From: Candidatus Omnitrophota bacterium
Lineage (GTDB): Bacteria; Omnitrophota; Gorgyraeia; JACQQV01
Assembly (NCBI GenBank): GCA_016206785.1
Contig: JACQQV010000028.1
Coordinates: forward strand, 5,438-69,437
Direction: 5' to 3'
Length of the DNA: 64,000 nucleotides
Both the position numbers and the translations under genes were made by a program. Below, in pieces: positions 60,074 through 64,000 of this stretch; the first letter of the stretch is position 1; each line of letters begins with the position of its first letter. The notes beneath the pieces were generated by a model. The model ran no database searches. It saw only the letters and a program-made list of their open reading frames with translations, and had not been told where the DNA came from.

Positions 60074-63000
60074 CTATTTTAACCTAGAGATCGTCTGCTG
60101 TATCATCGGTGTCGTAGCAGCTTTTTGTGCCCACTCCGCAGCCTTTATTAAGTGCCGAGAGGTACTTCCTATGGCGATCTGAGCAGCCAACCCTAAACCG
60201 TAGACTAGTGCTGGATTGCTCGTTGCCAAAGCGTAGAGACCATATCCTCCCAATCCTGCCACACTTAGCGCACCTACACCTACAAGACCATAACTGGCAT
60301 AATAACCGGCATAACCAACATAACCCATCTGTTCTTCTGTTAGAAGCTGAGAAGTGTAGCCAGTTGGTGATGCAGTAAGCACCTCCCCATAACGCCTACG
60401 AGGAGGTTGCCAAGCGTATGATGACACTGTCTGTATTGTCCTAAAAGTCGGCCTTCGCCGATACGACCTTCGCCGAGATGGCCTTCTTACCCTACCATAT
60501 CCCTTTCTAGGTTTCTTTGACTTCAGACCTAGCGTGTCCGTATTATTCTGTGGATTGTTTCCTACATAAGTATATCCATTGCCGTAATTCACAGAATCTT
60601 GCCACATCCCTTCGGGGTCGCGCTGGAGGAAGCGGCCGGTTGATGGTTCATAGTACCGATTCTTAAAATACAGCAGGCCTGATTCGGGATCGGAGCGTTG
60701 ACCGGTGAAGCGGTAGCGGTTGCCGGTCGGTGTGGTGGTTGATACGACAGCACTACCATAGGCGTCGTAGTCGTACCGTTCAGCGACGACACCGCTCGCA
60801 TCAGTGATTGCCTCCACATGCTGGAGTGGGTTCTGGTGGTAGAAGAAAGTTTCGTTTGACTCGAAGGCGCCATTTCCACTAAGGTCCTGCTTGGTCTGGA
60901 GGTGGTGATCATCGCCTAGACCGTCGACATACTGGGCTTTCAATTGGCCAGCTCCATCACGCTCCTCGATCACCGACCAGCGGTTGTAGAAGTAAAGCCG
61001 GGTTTCATTGACTCCACCCAAGCCTTGAACATTACGGAACACGCGGCGATTCTCCGTGTCGTAGACGTACTTGGCGAACTTGCTTGAATCGGACTTGTCC
61101 TCAATGCGGACGATGCGGTTGTGCACGTCGTAGGTATACGTCCGGGTACCGTCATCCTTGAGATTACCGTTTGCATCATACGTACGGGCGGAGGCGCCGA
61201 CTGTAGTGTAGGCGTTCACGGCATTCGGGGCAAGGGTGGTCGTGGTAAGGGATCCGCCCGCAGGCTGGTCACCCACGCTGCGCCAGTTCTGCGCGCCGTC
61301 GAGCGTCCAGCTTTTCTGCCGTTCGGTGTAGGTGGTAATGGCCGGGTTAGCAAGTTGGTTGTTGACGATGGCAGTAAATTCGCTGCTTAAGCCGGGAACA
61401 TGGAACGAGGACTGCGTCAGGCGCGAGAGCGAGTCATAAGCGAAGATATCGGCCTGTTGGTCACCTTCATGACTAAACTGCTCGTACAATCGGTCACCGG
61501 TTCGATTGTAAGCGTAACGGAGATCGACGACTACGGTACCGGATCGGTCATGGTGGTACCGGATGGGTCGTCGGTCACCGTCATACGTCAAGGCGAGGGA
61601 AACACCGTTTGTAGAGACGTAGTTCTGTGCGAGCGGACGGGTAGGTCCCATGTAGTTGAAAGTGGCGATGTCATTAGCCGGGTCGCTATCAGGAACGATC
61701 AGGTTTCCGGTTCCCGTGCCCGGACCCTCTTCAATCAGGGTCACCCGATCTAACCCATCGAACCCGCGAGTAATCTTCCGGCCATCTGGGTATGTAAGCT
61801 GAATCAGCCGGCCGTCTTGATTGTATTCGTAAGTTACCGTTCTTGCAGGGTCGGCGTTGAGGTTCTGCGTCTGTGAGGTAAGGCGCGAAAGCGAGTCGTA
61901 CGTCGAGGTCACGTAGGCATCGTCGTCCTCTGGGGACCCATCGGAATTATTGGAGAAGGTGACTCTTGATAACCCGTCGAACTGCCAATGATTATTGTGA
62001 ATGCCACTGACGCCCGACCCGAACGTGGTCACCTCTTCATCGATTTTTCTCCCGAGATCGTCGTAGCCTGTGGTGGCCGGACTCGATCGCACTGAACCGT
62101 TGGGGTCGGTGATCTGCGTGACATGATCATCGCGGTCGTAGACATACTGATAGGTGGTATCATCAGCGAAACGCTCAGTCACCAACCGGTTGAGGTCATC
62201 GTAGACGTAGGTCGTTGTGCTGCGCGCTGTGGCGTCGAGCGGATCGTCGTCATCGGTGCGGGACACCACGCGGGAATTCGGATCGAAGTCGTAATCCACC
62301 TGAACTTTGCCGTCCGGATTGTGCGGATTGGACAGATCGAGCGCAGCCCCGCCGATGCCGCCCTCCCTGAGGTCGTAGATTCCCCGGACGAGACGGTTGA
62401 GACCGTCGTACACCTTAGTGACACTATTTCCATCGCTATTGATATCGGTAAAACCGACAGGCGTGGAGCTGAACGGAAAACGATAATTCACATTAGACAC
62501 CGTATCGAGGACCAGAGGTCCTCGGGCATCCGAGGTAAAGACGGCGTTGCCCCGGGAGTCATACTTCGTCCGTGTGGTGTTACCAAGGTTATCGGTTTCG
62601 CGGATCTTGCGGTTGACTGCATCATAAAGTGATACACGCGTGTAGGTCTCATCCGGTGCAGTTGTGGGGGAACGTTCCACTTCGACAATTTGAATCACGT
62701 TTCCATTATCGTCATAGATCGTGGAGCGTTCATTCTGTACGGTGCCCCCTCCGGATTTTGGCAAGGGTTGATCAAGTGTTATTACGACACGGTCAAGACC
62801 GTCATAATGAGTCTCGTTCATATCTCCATCTGGTTCTATCGTGCGAAACAGTTTACTGTTACGATTAAAATGAGAATGGGTGACGTACTCTGAAACTTGA
62901 GGATCATTGGTAGGACCCGGCGTACGAAAATACGCCTGTCGCGCACGGAAGGGGCGATTGAGCTCATCCTCATCTGTATTCGATTCGGACAACCTTTTAT

Positions 63001-64000
63001 TGACTACGCGATCACCCGGAACTCCACGGGTATTGGACCCCACCGGCCCAAACTGAAGGGTTTGGATGCGGTTGTTCTCCGGATCATAATGAGACTCTGA
63101 TTCATACCCCATCGCATCCACCACTCGTATGAGCCGATCATTGCCATCATAAGTATTCGTGGTAACATCACCGCCTTCGGCGTTGGCCTGACCGTTATCT
63201 TCAGCATCAATAGAGGTGATAAGGTTCTTATTGCCATCGTAATTCTTTGTCGAGGTGGCGGTGCTGCTTGTCGTCGAGAACTGGGTGATGTCGATATTCT
63301 CATGGGCCTTACCGCTGGCGTGAAGTGCAATGAACACTGCGTCAATCCCGCCGCGCGATTCTTTGAATAGGAGATTCCGCTCGTCAAACACAGTCGCTGT
63401 GATATTGTTCGGCTGCCGTTCGGGATTACCGCCCGGGAGCGTTGCCACCGGGCTAACCGTGAGTACCCGGTTCTGATTTTTATCATAGGCATACAAAGTA
63501 GTGATCGATTCGGTCGGGCCAACTTCGCCATTACTCACTTCGCGAACCTCGGCGATCTGTTTATCGAGAATATCATATTCCTTGGTGGTGGTTAGAAATG
63601 GATTGGCTATTACGGATTGGTTATTCTCGTCGTTATTCTCCACATCCTCCTGAATGAGGTTGTCATTCGCGTCGTAGAAGAGCACCCGTTCGTAGTTCAA
63701 ACTGGATAAAACATTGTTCGGCTCTTCACCATTTTCGTTGAACGAGGCCCCGACCACACCGGTGGTTTCCCGGATGAGTTGATTGAGCGAATTGATTTCG
63801 TAGGTAGTAGTAATCCCACGGCCGTCCGTCACGGATGTCACATTCCCGACCCGATCATACGTGTACGATTCTTTGGCATTTACATATTCCGCAGTACGGC
63901 TTCGTCGGCTCGTACCGGCGTTTGTGATCGGACTTGCTAAGGTAGGATCATGATCATGGATGACCCTCCGTTTGTAGCCACCCGTTGAGGGATCTGCTCC
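60074..64000 (-). CDS. RHS/YD-repeat polymorphic toxin (N-terminus off-window) with unrecognised C-terminal toxin domain
   Basis: The minus-strand frame is open to the window edge with no stop between 63842 and 64000. Dozens of YD repeats are present (YDxxGNxxxxxD, e.g. YDANGNLKDDGTRTYTYDVHNRIVRIED). The RHS core ...LLYFKNRYYEPSTGRFLQRDPEGMW...NPQNNTDTLGL ends in the DPxGL-type cleavage motif. After it come about 190 aa, KSKKPRKGYGRVRRPSRRRSYRRRP... then GYVGYAGYYASYGLVGVGALSVAGLGGYGLYALA... Confidence 0.9.
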   Translation of the reverse strand, partial: GADPSTGGYKRRVIHDHDPTLASPITNAGTSRRSRTAEYVNAKESYTYDRVGNVTSVTDGRGITTTYEINSLNQLIRETTGVVGASFNENGEEPNNVLSSLNYERVLFYDANDNLIQEDVENNDENNQSVIANPFLTTTKEYDILDKQIAEVREVSNGEVGPTESITTLYAYDKNQNRVLTVSPVATLPGGNPERQPNNITATVFDERNLLFKESRGGIDAVFIALHASGKAHENIDITQFSTTSSTATSTKNYDGNKNLITSIDAEDNGQANAEGGDVTTNTYDGNDRLIRVVDAMGYESESHYDPENNRIQTLQFGPVGSNTRGVPGDRVVNKRLSESNTDEDELNRPFRARQAYFRTPGPTNDPQVSEYVTHSHFNRNSKLFRTIEPDGDMNETHYDGLDRVVITLDQPLPKSGGGTVQNERSTIYDDNGNVIQIVEVERSPTTAPDETYTRVSLYDAVNRKIRETDNLGNTTRTKYDSRGNAVFTSDARGPLVLDTVSNVNYRFPFSSTPVGFTDINSDGNSVTKVYDGLNRLVRGIYDLREGGIGGAALDLSNPHNPDGKVQVDYDFDPNSRVVSRTDDDDPLDATARSTTTYVYDDLNRLVTERFADDTTYQYVYDRDDHVTQITDPNGSVRSSPATTGYDDLGRKIDEEVTTFGSGVSGIHNNHWQFDGLSRVTFSNNSDGSPEDDDAYVTSTYDSLSRLTSQTQNLNADPARTVTYEYNQDGRLIQLTYPDGRKITRGFDGLDRVTLIEEGPGTGTGNLIVPDSDPANDIATFNYMGPTRPLAQNYVSTNGVSLALTYDGDRRPIRYHHDRSGTVVVDLRYAYNRTGDRLYEQFSHEGDQQADIFAYDSLSRLTQSSFHVPGLSSEFTAIVNNQLANPAITTYTERQKSWTLDGAQNWRSVGDQPAGGSLTTTTLAPNAVNAYTTVGASARTYDANGNLKDDGTRTYTYDVHNRIVRIEDKSDSSKFAKYVYDTENRRVFRNVQGLGGVNETRLYFYNRWSVIEERDGAGQLKAQYVDGLGDDHHLQTKQDLSGNGAFESNETFFYHQNPLQHVEAITDASGVVAERYDYDAYGSAVVSTTTPTGNRYRFTGQRSDPESGLLYFKNRYYEPSTGRFLQRDPEGMWQDSVNYGNGYTYVGNNPQNNTDTLGLKSKKPRKGYGRVRRPSRRRSYRRRPTFRTIQTVSSYAWQPPRRRYGEVLTASPTGYTSQLLTEEQMGYVGYAGYYASYGLVGVGALSVAGLGGYGLYALATSNPALVYGLGLAAQIAIGSTSRHLIKAAEWAQKAATTPMIQQTISRLK

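Overview
This window looks like a bacterial chromosomal segment of moderate-to-high GC with almost no intergenic space. A co-directional plus-strand array of about 48 kb runs from 128 to roughly 48088; its first ~44 kb (128-44461) is a very large glycan (LPS O-antigen, EPS or S-layer-glycan-like) biosynthesis locus, followed by udg4, priA and fmt. It contains at least eight GT4, four GT2 and a GT9 glycosyltransferase, a GT28 enzyme, and two GT-C-like membrane proteins. It also carries a Wzx-like flippase and a Wzy-like membrane protein, WecB, a full dTDP-rhamnose set (rfbCABD) plus an extra RmlD-like and an Rmd-like reductase, and a nucleotide-sugar dehydrogenase with UDP-glucuronate decarboxylase. 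Further members are a heptose module (GT9, GmhB, epimerase), a DegT aminotransferase, three SAM methyltransferase domains, two AsnB-like amidotransferases, a NodU-type carbamoyltransferase, an SGNH esterase, several domain fusions and a LexA-DBD-only regulator. The housekeeping block at the end of the array is a family-4 uracil-DNA glycosylase, a PriA whose helicase motifs look degenerate, and fmt. Behind a sigma70-like promoter come two tandem GalT-like HIT paralogs (one missing the nucleophile His), then gap-pgk-tpiA-secG with an intrinsic terminator, an oppABCDF-type ABC transporter and a transglutaminase-like protein. The window ends with a convergent minus-strand RHS/YD-repeat polymorphic toxin gene whose N-terminus is off-window. 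Its C-terminal tip is unrecognised (Arg-rich plus glycine-zipper-like), of visibly lower GC, and has no adjacent immunity ORF. No rRNA, tRNA, CRISPR, transposase or integrase was seen. All calls come from reading the translated ORFs for motifs; no database search was possible.
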